Below are positions 52,611-64,000 of a stretch of 64,000 nt of DNA, one piece after another. Under the pieces are notes generated by a model. That model was not told the origin of the DNA, ran no database searches, and saw only the letters and a program-made list of their open reading frames with translations. The DNA is from Haliotis rufescens. Its lineage: Eukaryota. The stretch lies in assembly GCF_023055435.1 (NCBI RefSeq), contig NW_025964024.1, positions 3,844,001-3,908,000 on the forward strand, read 5' to 3'. The first letter of the stretch is position 1, and each line of letters begins with the position of its first letter. The translations under genes and the position numbers were made by a program.

Positions 52611-53469
52611 ACTATAACAAGTGTTCAGATTAACATGTGTCTAGATTTACCAATCCAGTGTCGGTAGAAATGTCCCATTAATTGGTGTAGATGTTCCCTG
52701 CTGTATTTGTTCAAGAAACAGGACTTATGGACGAACATGATCGCTAATAACCGGTCTTCACTACAATGGTCATTATAACTATATATAATAGAAGTTTACG
52801 CAGATGCCTGTTTATTCTCACAAAGGTTTTCGCACAGGCGGCTGGAAAGATGTGATGGCCACTTGGAAGGTGTGTTTTACTGCCAATACAGTAAACCACG
52901 TTTATAATGAACTGATGGATGTAACACACTGTTTTTTGGTCCTGACCATTTACTGTATATATGCCGTATATATGCTTATGACGAACTACGATTATTAAGA
53001 ACTAAACTAAGTGGTCCTTTGAGTTTGTTATAACCGTAGTTTACTGTATCTTATTATTGAAGAATTAGGGAACAGTTATTGAGGAGAGCTGCTGGTTGGG
53101 ATGTCTCCACTACGAACGATAGGTTGCCATCCCCTTCAATAATATCGGTACTCTAGGTAACGTGTTCAGGAACAGCTGTGCAGGACGAGCATCACCGAGC
53201 ACGATATGCACATCCCTGTATCCAGGTTCAGTTGTGGTTAAAAACATTGAATCACAGTTGTAGTTGATGATATCATTTTAATAAACCTGGGGTGTTCTAT
53301 GATAGCCCTGAAGTGATTCGGATATATATACCGGTAAGTATGTCCTGGAGTCGCATCTACTAACAACTAGTTGACAGGGCGTCAGTTTGTTGTGCAAAGG
53401 GTTAAACCTCGTTCAACAATAATTCAGTTATGTGGCTTATCAGCCTGTTATGTGAGATAGATAAAACAC

Positions 53470-53655
53470 TAATAATAATGATAATAATGATGATGATGAT
53501 GACGATGACAACAACAACAACAACAACAACATAAAGTGCCAAATTCCATTGACTAAATGGATACTCAAAGCGTTACATTATTATTACCCCGCTCAATGGA
53601 TCAGTGTGCAATTGATTTTCATTCTCAGCTCCCTGGGGAGTATACAATGCCAGAG
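53470..53655 (-). mobile_element. 3' part of family E with (ATT/ATC/GTT)n tail (a similar 3' piece lies at 39865-39975 on +)
   Basis: CTCAGCTCCCTGGGGAGTATACA and GGATCAGTGTGCA blocks next to a trinucleotide tail. Confidence 0.65.
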
Positions 53656-56600
53656 AATAACCACTCTTGATTATGAACCAAGAACAGACTCCATTGGGTG
53701 TAAAAGGCAAAATAGTGGTGAAAATTAAGAATAGATCTCTGAAAATCAGTGATAACACCAGGGGTTTGCAAAAAGGGCAAGCATGCTCTGCCCTGCTGGT
53801 AGGACACAGGTTGTAGCGATTTGTGGCTCCAACAAAAATTACAGATTACAAAACCAAATACAACATTAATTTTATGTGTCCGAGCTGTAAAATGTCCAAG
53901 AAACCGGAATAAAAACGTATCCACTGAGTTGAGTTGAAACAACCAAATCCCTGTTGACACTGTGTATACACACCAGCAGATGAACCAACGTTGCTTGTTC
54001 TGAGCTGGCTGGTATACTGTACACAGGGTTCACATGGATTTCACCCTTCATTCTTCCTTTGCACTGTTTGGTACAGTGCTAACACCTTTATCACTTGCTT
54101 GATAAAGCTATGTACAAGCACCTGTTTCAAAATGCTGCACTGGAGGAATAAAAAAGGTGACATCCCTATCTCATAAGATCTGATTATAATGAGATTGTTT
54201 TGGTACAGTGCTAGTACATTTATCACTTGCTTGAAAAAGGGACAAGCACCTTTATCAAACCTCCATGTCAGAAAGATGAGATCTGATTGGTCCTCGTGAT
54301 CCTGATAAAATAATAGGTATCCCGCCTAGGGAGGGAATAAATTTTTCAGCGGGTGAATAAATGTCTCATACCCCGCCACGAGCAATACAGGCTCCATATA
54401 TCTGGATATCTGGACAGAATAATTCCCTTACACCTCCCTTCAAAGCAAAAAAAGCTGTTTTCTATTAATTTTGAATTTGTTTTAATTCATTTACAATGTC
54501 AAATTAAAACATGTTGGTTAGATAAATTTGTTGTAGCAGGATCACTCGGGGTACATGGGGTTTTATGGTGAAACCCTGGAGCACTCCGCGTTAAACGCAC
54601 ATCATGTCACCGAGTACATGTTGTAGTGCCCAGTATAGGGTAATCAATGTATACTGTCATTTATGAAAATATTGGTTCACGCCGAAGTCTACAACAGGTG
54701 GTCGTCATGTCATACATATTTCATTGTGAAGCATGTGATCCTGTCTAGCCTCAGACATGAACATGTATCAATGACAGAAACTGCAACTAGACACCACATG
54801 ACCACCATAACCATTATCAATTTCCATTTTCCCAGTCAAAAACATATGCATCCCAGTCAAAAACATATGCATCCTGTTAAAAAACATCTGTCAGCTTAAT
54901 ATATGTCTGTGAAAAAAATGCCTCCTACTCTATAACTGCCTGTTGGAACAATGCCTCCATTTGACATACACATTTCATTTAGACCAATGACTACAATTCG
55001 TAATATGGTTTTAGGTAATATATAGATGAAATAAATTATCAAAAAGCAAATCATTAAAGTGCAAGTAAACTCAACATAGCAACTTTGCAGATTTAATACT
55101 TCAGGGCATGCTCAATCACAAATACTTGACCAAAATCACAAATTTGCAAAACAGAAATAGTGTAAAACAGACAACAAATAATAATAACCTAAATCGTCAT
55201 GCAAATGAAAAAAATCTGCCACTGGGGTCCAAACTGCTTCCCTGTGTTTGTCGCGCTGCGCAAATTCAATTATCCCGTCGGCACCCTGTCTGCTCACTTC
55301 CGCCTCAGATTTGCAAATATTAGCAGGCTAGGCACCGCTTCACCGGCAGCTGTGGACCACACCCCCATATAGGTTTGTTTGGGGAAGCTGATTACAGAGT
55401 GTGTGATTTCAGCACTTTCACATTTAAATACTTTATAAAAATTATAATTAAGAATGATATCAATTTTCACTCTCTCGGAAAATCAACAAAATCACAATCA
55501 ATTTTTTCAGATTACAGTAGAACATGAATATAACGAACACGGATAGAGCGAATAAACGGATACAACAAACTGTTAAAAAATTCCCGATTTATCTCCTATA
55601 TATTATCATATAAAATTTACGTACATAAACTCTCTACAGCGAACTAACGGATATAGCGAACTGATATCTGATCACCAACAAGCCCATCTACCACTAAATA
55701 GTGACGTGTATAGTGAACTCAGAAATCTCACTCAGTGTCAAGTGTCACTGACATTTGGCTGTATGAAATCAGAGGCGAATCAATACAATCGTGGCAAATC
55801 AACACAATCACTGGTGACAATTCAACATGTAGCGCGGGAAGTCCCTACGGTGACGGGTAAAATTGTTCCTTACGTACAAATATCCGGCAATAGCTATCAC
55901 CTGTACCAAAGAGCTACGCTTATGGTTCTTATAATCTTAAATATATATATAGTGAAAGCTGTAACTAAAATAGCACGATATTGGAATATATTATTCTGAC
56001 AAAATAATAATTTCAGATACAATTTCTTCCAACCATTGCATCAAAATGTTTTGAAATGTTTGGGGTACTTTTTAACTGAATCACTGGTAGATGCGGGAGG
56101 AAATGTGTATAAACATGTACGTGTATTGTGGACGTCGTCAATGATGCTTATCGAGGACGACAGAAATCTTAGTTAGATGCAATAATCAACAATTACTAAT
56201 TGTAAATATTGTGAAAAACAATAACACTTGCCATTGTTGAATTGTCTTTATTTAAATACAACAACTGAAAACAGAAGTACTGCAAAAATTAGAGTCAGTC
56301 AGGCAACATGTATATTTATCTAAACCCAAGCTTAAAGATCACAACATCTCGGCTGATCACTAAATGATATCTGTCTAATAAGCTTTGGTATGAAATGTTA
56401 CCAGAAGAACCGCTTCTTTATCTACAGCAATAGCTGTGTGATGAGTGATGAGCGATTGGCAGTGTATCAGGCGGGCTGAAAAACGAAGCATGTGTGCACA
56501 GGTGTATGCTGTAATGAAGCCATGTTGCATTGATGCCGCTATCATGCAGTGTGAGAAAGATGCAGTATGTGCAAGCTTGTGAGGTCCAGGGTACATGGTC

Positions 56601-56736
56601 CAGGGTACATGGTCCAGGGAACATGGTCCAGACAAAATATTCCAGTTAGTTTGTTCAGCTATCATGGTTAAGCTGCAATGGACTGTTAATGTGACCAAGC
56701 TTGTTCCTACACTAACTGCTAGGAGGCGCCACTTAC

Positions 56737-56855
56737 CATTGGAGAGACTATGTCTGAGTGATGCCTTCACCAAGTCGATGCCACTCTGCGATTGTCTTCG
56801 CTTTTCATTATTGACGTTGTCTTGAATCCACTCCCCTGTTAAACCCTTGAGTTGC
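56737..56855 (-). CDS. SYTL4/SYTL5-like: Synaptotagmin-like Rab effector, exon 3 (SHD2: QLKGLTGEWIQDNVNNEKRRQSQSGIDLVKASLRHSLSN)
   Basis: Acceptor TTCTTCCAG|G and donor AATG|GTAAGT; 119 nt, phase 2-1. TGEW and GxDLVxxSL motifs follow the Zn finger as in Slp4/5. Confidence 0.9.
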
Positions 56856-57187
56856 CTGGAAGAATATTTCATACCAAAATCATTTAATATATAGAGGTCA
56901 TATTAAAAATAATTCCACAATTATTCCGAAGGGCGATATTGGATCCATGGTATATGAAATAGATACGACCCAAGTGATGTATCTGTGTTTTCCAAAGGGA
57001 CGTTATATGGAATCGAATTTAGGCAATGTGTCATAAAATAGAAATTTTTTGTTGATGATTTCCCACAAGTAAAGCTATTTGGCGAATGAAAACAAAATGT
57101 CCCAATTTCAATATACTGAAAAAAAAAAGCTAAATTAAAGTATTGAATTTTGTAAAGAAAATTCAGCAGATGAGGACCATATCTCTC

Positions 57188-57920
57188 TTCGTCTCCAAAT
57201 GGGGATTCCAGATCTGAATAGGTCCCCAGTACCCCAAGCTTGGCACCAAAGGATATTCTGGTTCAGAATTAGTCCCCAATCCCCTTATGCTTGTCTCCCA
57301 GGGGGAATTCTGGACCAGAATAGGTCCCCAGTACCCCATGCTTGTCTCCCAGTGGGGATTGAGGATCAGAATTAGTCCCCAGTCCCCTTATGCTTGTCTC
57401 CCAGGGGGAATTCTGGGACAGAATAGGTCCCCAGTACCTCATGCTTGTCTCCCAGTGGGGATTTAGGATCAGAATTGGTCCCCACTGTCCGGACAGAAAA
57501 ATTTAAATGTCCGGTAAGCAATATTTTAAACCGGACATTTGAGATTCCCAATCGGACATGTCCGGCGCATATGACGGATTCAGGACCCCTGGTCCCCAGT
57601 ACCCCATGCGTGTCTCCCAAAGGGGATTTAGGATCAGAATAGGTCTCCAGCACCCCATGCATGTCTCCCAAAGGGGATTTAGGATCAGAATAGGTCTCCA
57701 GCACCCCATGCATGTCTCCCAAAGGGGATTTAGGATCAGAATAGGTCTCCAGCACCCCATGCGTGTCTCCCAAAGGGGATTTAGGATCAGAATAGGTCTC
57801 CAGCACCCCATGCATGTCTCCCAAAGGGGATTTAGGATCAGAATAGGTCTCCAGCACCCCATGCATGTCTCCCAAAGGGGATTCTCGCTCAAAATTGGTC
57901 CCCAGTAACCATGCTTGTCA
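57188..57920 (+). repeat. 51-bp tandem array derived from the 5' end of the headless SINE-like element, interrupted at about 57485-57591
   Basis: Unit GGGGATTTAGGATCAGAATAGGTC(C/T)CCAG(C/T)ACCCCATGC(A/T/G)TGTCTCCCA; period 51 (57631, 57682). Confidence 0.9.
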
Positions 57921-58421
57921 TAAGAACTGAATAAACAGGATCAGGTGGTATGTGACTGCACCTAGAGTTTGCACAATGTCATCTTCATATCTCTGAGTGG
58001 GCGGTCAGGCTGTGACTTCGCTGACAGTGTATCATCATGCCCAACTTTATATTACACTTTCCCTAAATAAGCTGTGGACTATAGCTGTATTGAACTTTTG
58101 GTGTGTATCCCAGACATGTAAATTGCACACTCGTCACAGAATTAGCCATGTTCTACCATCATAGAGTACGACAGCTGTTAATCACTGCTAATTTATATAC
58201 CCTGTCAATAAAGCAATCTGGAATGAAGAACATCACCAGCCCATACACAATCCCTACATCTGCAATAAAAATGTGTTTGTCTTCCGTTGCTTTTTAAACA
58301 CTGTTTTTTTGGTATTTACTCTAGCACAGGCCGCCATTTTGTATGTTGACATGGTGCCAAATTATGATCACCAAATTGGTGGTCATAAACTGAATTCATT
58401 TCTGAAGTCAAAAAGTAAGTA

Positions 58422-58726
58422 CCGTATTTGATGTAAAAAAATTAGAAATAGGGGGCTCTTATTGGAATATTATTTTGGTGAAAAAAACAGAGTTGAAAGT
58501 TCGTAAATTTCGTGGTTCATGCTGACAACCTGAAATGTTTATATACAACATATATTTTTCCAGGATTTAATTGCCCATAATTAAGGGTGCATATAACACA
58601 CAAGTGCGTATTATACACGAATAAATAAGTCTTGTGTACATTGATCGGAATGGGTGCTAATTGAGATTGTTCACTAGCCAATATATTAGCAAATATCGGC
58701 ATGGGCGCTTATTACGTCGAATATGG
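58422..58726 (-). mobile_element. Tc1/mariner-type MITE, same family, inverted
   Basis: TA|CCGTATTTGATGTAA ... GGGCGCTTATTACGTCGAATATGG|TA. Confidence 0.85.
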
Positions 58727-59003
58727 TAAGACAATGGGAATTTATTTCCTGTAATTTAATCACTAATTAACTATGTTTTAATTCACTAGGTTTAGTTTTG
58801 TTCAATTTCAGTGTGTTGATTCAACAATCTCTAATGCATGCCTTCTGACACCCTTGCTATCAACTGTAGAAACAAAGGGAAATTTAGTGTTGACTCAACT
58901 TTTCCAGTGATGAAATATTGTGAGCACCTAGAAACATTGTTTGCCACTTCCGTATGACAACAGTAACTGTCAGTTTACGTATTACATCCTGACTGGTACT
59001 TAC

Positions 59004-59216
59004 ACTTGCTTATAGCAGAGAGTGCAGAGCCATTTCCCTGTCAACAGACTCTCACGGCAGACGCCACACACTCGGAACTTGCACTGGGAGCAGACGTCAC
59101 CTGTGTTGAAGATGAACCCGAATGGTTTGTGACATCGTGCACAGATCTTGTTGAGGTCATCGCCGTCACGGATCACACTCTGAAGTCTCAGGTTGTGTAT
59201 CTCACTCCGTAGCTGA
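59004..59216 (-). CDS. SYTL4/SYTL5-like: Synaptotagmin-like Rab effector, exon 2 (FYVE-like Zn finger of the SHD)
   Basis: Acceptor TTTTGCTTCCACAG|T and donor CAAGT|GTAAGT; 213 nt, phase 2-2, in frame with exon 1. It contains CARC...CSQC...CGVC...WLCTLC (four CxxC pairs), as in the Slp4/Slp5/rabphilin Rab-binding domain. Confidence 0.93.
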
Positions 59217-59241
59217 CTGTGGAAGCAAAACATATTTCAAG

Positions 59242-59410
59242 TGAATAAGTGAGTGAGTTTGGTTTTACGCCGCTTTTAGCAATATTCCAGCAATATCACG
59301 GCGGGGGACACCAGAAATGGGCTTCACACATTGTACCCATGTCGGGAATCGAACCCGGGTCTTCGGCGTGACGAGCGAACGCTTTAACTACTAGGCTACC
59401 CGACCGCCCC
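59242..59410 (-). mobile_element. tRNA(Asp)-like SINE, family A (~165 bp)
   Basis: Head GGGGCGGTCGGGTAGCCTAG...CGTCACGCCGAAGACCCGGGTTCGATTCCCG (A/B boxes), (TCAC)n tail, TSD ACATATTTCAAG. Confidence 0.93.
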
Positions 59411-60130
59411 ACATATTTCAAGAGTATCTTATCAAGATAATGAATATGGCAAACTACAAATTACTCCAACAATTTTGCTGTAGTTCTGAAAAGAAAACAT
59501 GGATTCAAAAATTAATGTTTGGCTGGTTGACAAATTTCTTTATGAATACTGGTATATTACCACCAATCATATACTGGTATATTACCACCAATCATATACA
59601 ACTAGAGCCCCTGTATTACCTTACCCAAATAACAGCAACACAACCCTTTCCTTAGTCATCAGAAATCTCTGCTAAAAGAAGCATCCATTTTTAAATTCCG
59701 ACTATATGTTGATCATGAGCATGTGTTTATGAATTGCTATCAAATTGTGATGATACCAGGTGTTCTCCAAAAGGTGAGCATATCCTGCACCACCTGTGGC
59801 ACCCATCACAAACACATGCAAAGGCAACTACAAAAACATGGGGACATATGGTACAAGTCAAAATGTGGAATTGCATTTGCCATTCTTGTCACTGTTGTAA
59901 CCCTGATCATGCAAGTTTTGAGTAATAAGTTGTCTGATGCTCTTTGAAATATTTTTGAGAAAGAGCATGCTCAATTGAACCTAGAACCTGTGAAATGTAG
60001 ACACCAGAGGCTGGGACTGCTCTACATAAGGGGAAAGTTGACAATTGGATAGTTGAAGTCATATTTCTTGTTACATTCTTGTAGATATTTTTTTGTCAAT
60101 CGGAATCTTCATGCATTGATCTGGATATGA

Positions 60131-60296
60131 GTGAGTGAGTGAGTATGGTTTTACGCCGCTTTTAGCAATATTCCAGCAATATCACGGCGGGGGACACCAG
60201 AAATGGGCTTCACACATTGTACCCATGTCGGGAATCGAACCCGTGTCTTCGGCGTGACGAGCGAACGCTTTAACCACTAGGCTACCCGACCGCCCC
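60131..60296 (-). mobile_element. SINE family A
   Basis: Near-identical to the other copies; 13-bp TSD GATCTGGATATGA. Confidence 0.93.
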
Positions 60297-60395
60297 GATC
60301 TGGATATGAAACAAATGAGGCAGTTTCACTGGTCTCTTTTATTTCTAGTTCTGGTGGGTAAATAAGTCAAAAGGAATTGTCTAATTCACCATTAT

Positions 60396-60667
60396 CATCA
60401 TGTTTTGGGTGTTGTTTTTTTGTTTAACATCGCACTCAGCAATATTCCAGCTATATGACGGCCTATAAATAATCGAGTCTGGACCAGACAGTCCAGTGAT
60501 TGATATCATGAGCATCAATCCACGCAATTGGGATCGATGACATGCATCAACCAAGTCAGCAAGCCTGACCACCCGATCCCGTTAGTCGCCTCTTACGACA
60601 AGCATAGTCGCCTTTTACGACAAGCATGGGTTGCTGAAGACCTATTCTACCCCAGAATGTTCATGGG
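60396..60667 (-). mobile_element. SINE family D
   Basis: TSD TTCACCATTAT; 5' end CCCATGAAC. Confidence 0.88.
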
Positions 60668-61045
60668 TTCACCATTATTAGATGATATCAGATCACTGGT
60701 AGTATTGATACTTGGTTTGGGCAGATATTCTCTTCAGTTAACATACTGGCCTTATATGTAGCATTATTTGATATGTAACATATTACCAAGATCAAACAAT
60801 TAATGTAGTCATGTTTACATAAAATAGTCATGTTATTTAAGGCCTTCACAGTGGGAATTAACAACTACGAACATTAAATGTAGGCCAGCCTGGTTTTGGA
60901 CGACAGCTGGCTCAGACAGAATGGGTTTAATCCAATTCTGTTTCCTCGATCCTTTTCAGTGTGTGCATTCTACCAATGACATCATCACGCACTGACTTAA
61001 CCCACTCTGAAGGACAACCAACATGTTCATCTTCTCTTCTGGTCC

Positions 61046-61206
61046 GGGGCGGTCAGGTAGCCTAGTGGTTAAAGCGTTCGCTCGTCACGCCGAAGACCCG
61101 GGTTCGATTCCCGACATGGGTACAATGTGTGAAGCCCATTTCTGGTGTCCCCCGCCGTGATGTTGCAGGAATATTGCTAAAAACGGCGTAAAACCATACT
61201 CACTCA
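61046..61206 (+). mobile_element. SINE family A
   Basis: 15-bp TSD CTTCTCTTCTGGTCC. Confidence 0.93.
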
Positions 61207-61579
61207 CTTCTCTTCTGGTCCATTTTTTGACATATGCATAGACAGCATCCACATTCTCAACAATATTTTTGTCCATCTCAGCATTAAACCAAAGAGATAA
61301 TACACTTACAAGCAAGCTTTAAATATATTGAATGACTCTCACGGACTGTCATGTATAACATGGATGCAGATTTAATTACCTGGGATCAGTTGTGTTGGCT
61401 GATTATTGTGAAGAGTACCTACATGAATAGGAGGCCAACAGGAAGGAATGCATGGGCCCCGTTCCACAAAGCGATCGTAACGCTAAGACGATCGTATCTC
61501 CCATACTTTAACATAGACTCATGGCAGTCATGGCGTCAGATTGCTTTGTGGAATGGGTCTCTGGCTGATGGTGTTTGAT

Positions 61580-61743
61580 GGGGGCGGTGGGGTAGCCTTG
61601 TGGTTAAAGTGTTCGCTCATCACACTGAAGACCCGGGTTCGATTCCCCACATGGGCACAATGTGTGAAGCCCTTTTCTGATTCCCCTCCCGTGATACTGC
61701 TGGAATCGTGCTAAAAGCGGCTTTAAACCATACTCACTCACAC
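61580..61743 (+). mobile_element. SINE family A (diverged)
   Basis: Same head, body and tail with substitutions. Confidence 0.85.
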
Positions 61744-62209
61744 TAGTGATCAGTGCATTTCTTAATAATCTGAAATTTGTTTGTTTGTTGTTTAATGCCG
61801 CACTCAGCAATATCTCAGCTTCATGATGGTATTTTGAAATGTTTTCTCCTTCCAAGAATACAATACTATGGGTGAAATTGTTTTCAGTAAGCAGGGTCCT
61901 ATTCCACAAAGTAAACTTGGTGCTACATCTGCGGTAAGTCTATGTTAACGTATCAGTTACAATTGTCCTAGTGCTAGGATCGCTTTGTAGAACTGGAATC
62001 TGGTTCACGGACACCTGGTCTGGCTGGGCTATGTCCTCTTTAACACATGTATCTTAACACTGAGGTTATCATGACTCCCAGCCTTGAATATTGATTACGA
62101 TAGTTGTAGCATTTTGCTAATGGAACCCAGGTTGAAGCGTAACTCAGATATTGCTGATTCAAGCATAAGCACCTACTAACTCCTTCACTCGAAACCCTGT
62201 TTCACCATT

Positions 62210-63563
62210 TCACTCACCACTCACTCACACAACAAACCCCACCCCCACCAACTTGACACACCCATCACTCACTCAACCCCCCATCCATTCTCCCACCCAC
62301 CCACTCACCTATCAATTCTCCGGCTCACTCACCCACAAAACCATCCATTCTCCCCCCACACACACACCCATCCATTCTCCCACCCACCCACTCACTTATC
62401 CATTCTCAAACTCACTCACCCACCCACCCATCCATTCTCCCACCCACACAACCCCCCATCCATTGTCCAACTCACTCACCGACCCCCCCATCCATTTTCC
62501 CACCCACACAACCCCCAATCCATTCTCCCACCCACCCACTCACCCATCCAGTCTCCCACCCACCCACTCACCTATCCATTCTCCAACTCACTCACCCACC
62601 CACCCATCCATTCTCCCACCCACACAACCCCCCATCCATTCTCCCACCCACCCACTCACCTATCCATTCTCCCACTCATCCACTCACTCCATCACCCATC
62701 CATTCTCCCACCCACCCACTCACCTATCCATTCTCCCACTCACCCACTCACTCCATCACCCACACATTCTCCCACTCATCCACTCACTCCATCACCCATC
62801 CATTCTCCCACTCACTCCATCACCTATCCATTATCCCACTCACTCACCCATCCACCCACCCATCCATTCTCCCACTCACTCGATCACCCATCAATTCTCC
62901 AACTCACCCCATCACCCATCCATTCTCCTACTCACTCCATCACCCATCCATTCTCCTACTCACTCCATCACCCATCCATTCTCCCATTTACTCCATCACC
63001 CATCCATTCTCCCACTCACTCCATCACCCATCCATTCTCCTACTCACTCCATCACCCATCCACTCTCCACTCACTCCATCACCCATCCATTCTCCTACTC
63101 ACTCCATCACCCATCCATTCTCCCATTTACTCCATCACCCATCCATTCTCCCACTCACTCCATCCATTCTCCCATTTACTCCATCACCCATCCATTCTCC
63201 TACTCACTCCACCACCCATCCATTCACCTACTCACTCCATCACCCATCCATTCTCCTACTCACTCCATCACCCATCAATTCTCCCACTCACTCCATCACC
63301 CATCCATTCTCCAACTCACTCCATCACCCATCCATTCTTCCACTCACTCCATCACCCATCCATTCTCCCACTCACTCCATCACCCATCCATTCTCCCACT
63401 CACTCCATCACCTATCCATTCTCCCACTCACTCCATCACCCATCCATTCTCCCACTCACTCCATCACCCATCCATTCTTCCACTCACTCCATCACCCATC
63501 CATTCTTACACTCACTCCATCACCCATCCATTCTTCCACTCACTCACTCACTCACTCACTCAC
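62210..63563. repeat. C/A/T-rich degenerate repeat (CCATCCATTCTCCCACTCACT-like), G-rich on the transcribed strand
   Basis: About 1.35 kb almost devoid of G on the + strand, ending about 10 nt from the exon 1 donor. Confidence 0.95.
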
Positions 63564-63573
63564 TGCCTCCTAC

Positions 63574-63683
63574 CTGGCTCTCGTGTCCTGTTCTTTCCGT
63601 AGTTCCTCATCCCGTCGTATCACACTCAGTATGAGCGTCTTCTCCTCCTCCGTCAAACCCTCCATATCAATCATCTCCTCCAT
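63574..63683 (-). CDS. SYTL4/SYTL5-like: Synaptotagmin-like Rab effector, first coding exon (SHD1 helix: MEEMIDMEGLTEEEKTLILSVIRRDEELRKEQDTRA)
   Basis: Manual translation from ATG at 63683. It matches the Slp-homology-domain pattern L(S/T)xxExxxILxVLxRDxxLRxxE and ends AG|GTAGGA (phase 2). Too short for the ORF track. Confidence 0.9.
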
Positions 63684-64000
63684 TGCTGTCTAACAGTGTG
63701 GAGGATATCCTGTATATTCCACTTCTACACACAAAATTCCTTTGTAGTAGTTCTGTTCACAACCATTGCTATCTGTCTACTCACAAAAAAAATCCATTTT
63801 GAAAAAGACAGCTGTCACACAAAAGGTCTTCTATCTTCGCTATCCAATTCCACAGATACAAACAAATCATATAATGTTGTTTTTTTCATATGGTAATTTT
63901 CACAATATACACAAAATGGAAGACTTCTAAAACAGGTACATTAACACAAAACAAAAACTGGCTTATTGCGTGCTGTAACTTGTAAATGTTTTAAAGATGT

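Noticed and set aside
52261-55700. Single Tc1/pogo-like ends (TACAGTG at 52261, TACTGTA at about 53048, TACAGTAG at about 55513)
   Set aside because: I could not pair them into elements with matching TIRs, so they are left unannotated.
61046-61120. tRNA-Asp gene (likewise the other tRNA- and 5S-like heads)
   Set aside because: No proper acceptor stem or terminator; each continues into a SINE body and tail, often with TSDs.
62253-63602. 449-aa His/Pro/Ser/Thr ORF
   Set aside because: The G-free repeat contains almost no stop codons, and it is antisense to the real gene.

Overview
Eukaryotic, AT-rich, repeat-dense genomic DNA, most likely from a gastropod mollusc (inferred from the SINE repertoire). 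The window is the 5' part of one minus-strand gene, a synaptotagmin-like/bitesize-type Rab effector (SYTL4/5-like). Three phase-compatible exons (63683-63574, 59216-59004, 56855-56737) encode a Slp-homology domain with a Zn finger. After about 47 kb come a 912-nt exon (9361-8450) and a 5-kb acidic, repeat-containing giant exon (6751-1699) broken by one frameshift. C2 domains, if present, lie beyond the left edge. Inside the long intron are two duplicated 28-nt mini-exons (21793-21766, 18318-18291) that both encode MFASLLCCA and differ only at synonymous sites. They are candidate alternative starts that replace the Rab-binding domain with a lipid-anchor peptide. The introns hold five SINE-like families: tRNA-Asp-like, tRNA-Leu-like, V-domain, a 5S-headed composite, and a headless element with a fixed, structured, ribozyme-like 5' end that also seeded a 51-bp tandem array. 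There is also a tRNA-like element with an inverted copy of its own 3' end, several MITEs (one a hAT derivative with a BED-finger remnant), and many minisatellites whose long ORFs are artefacts.
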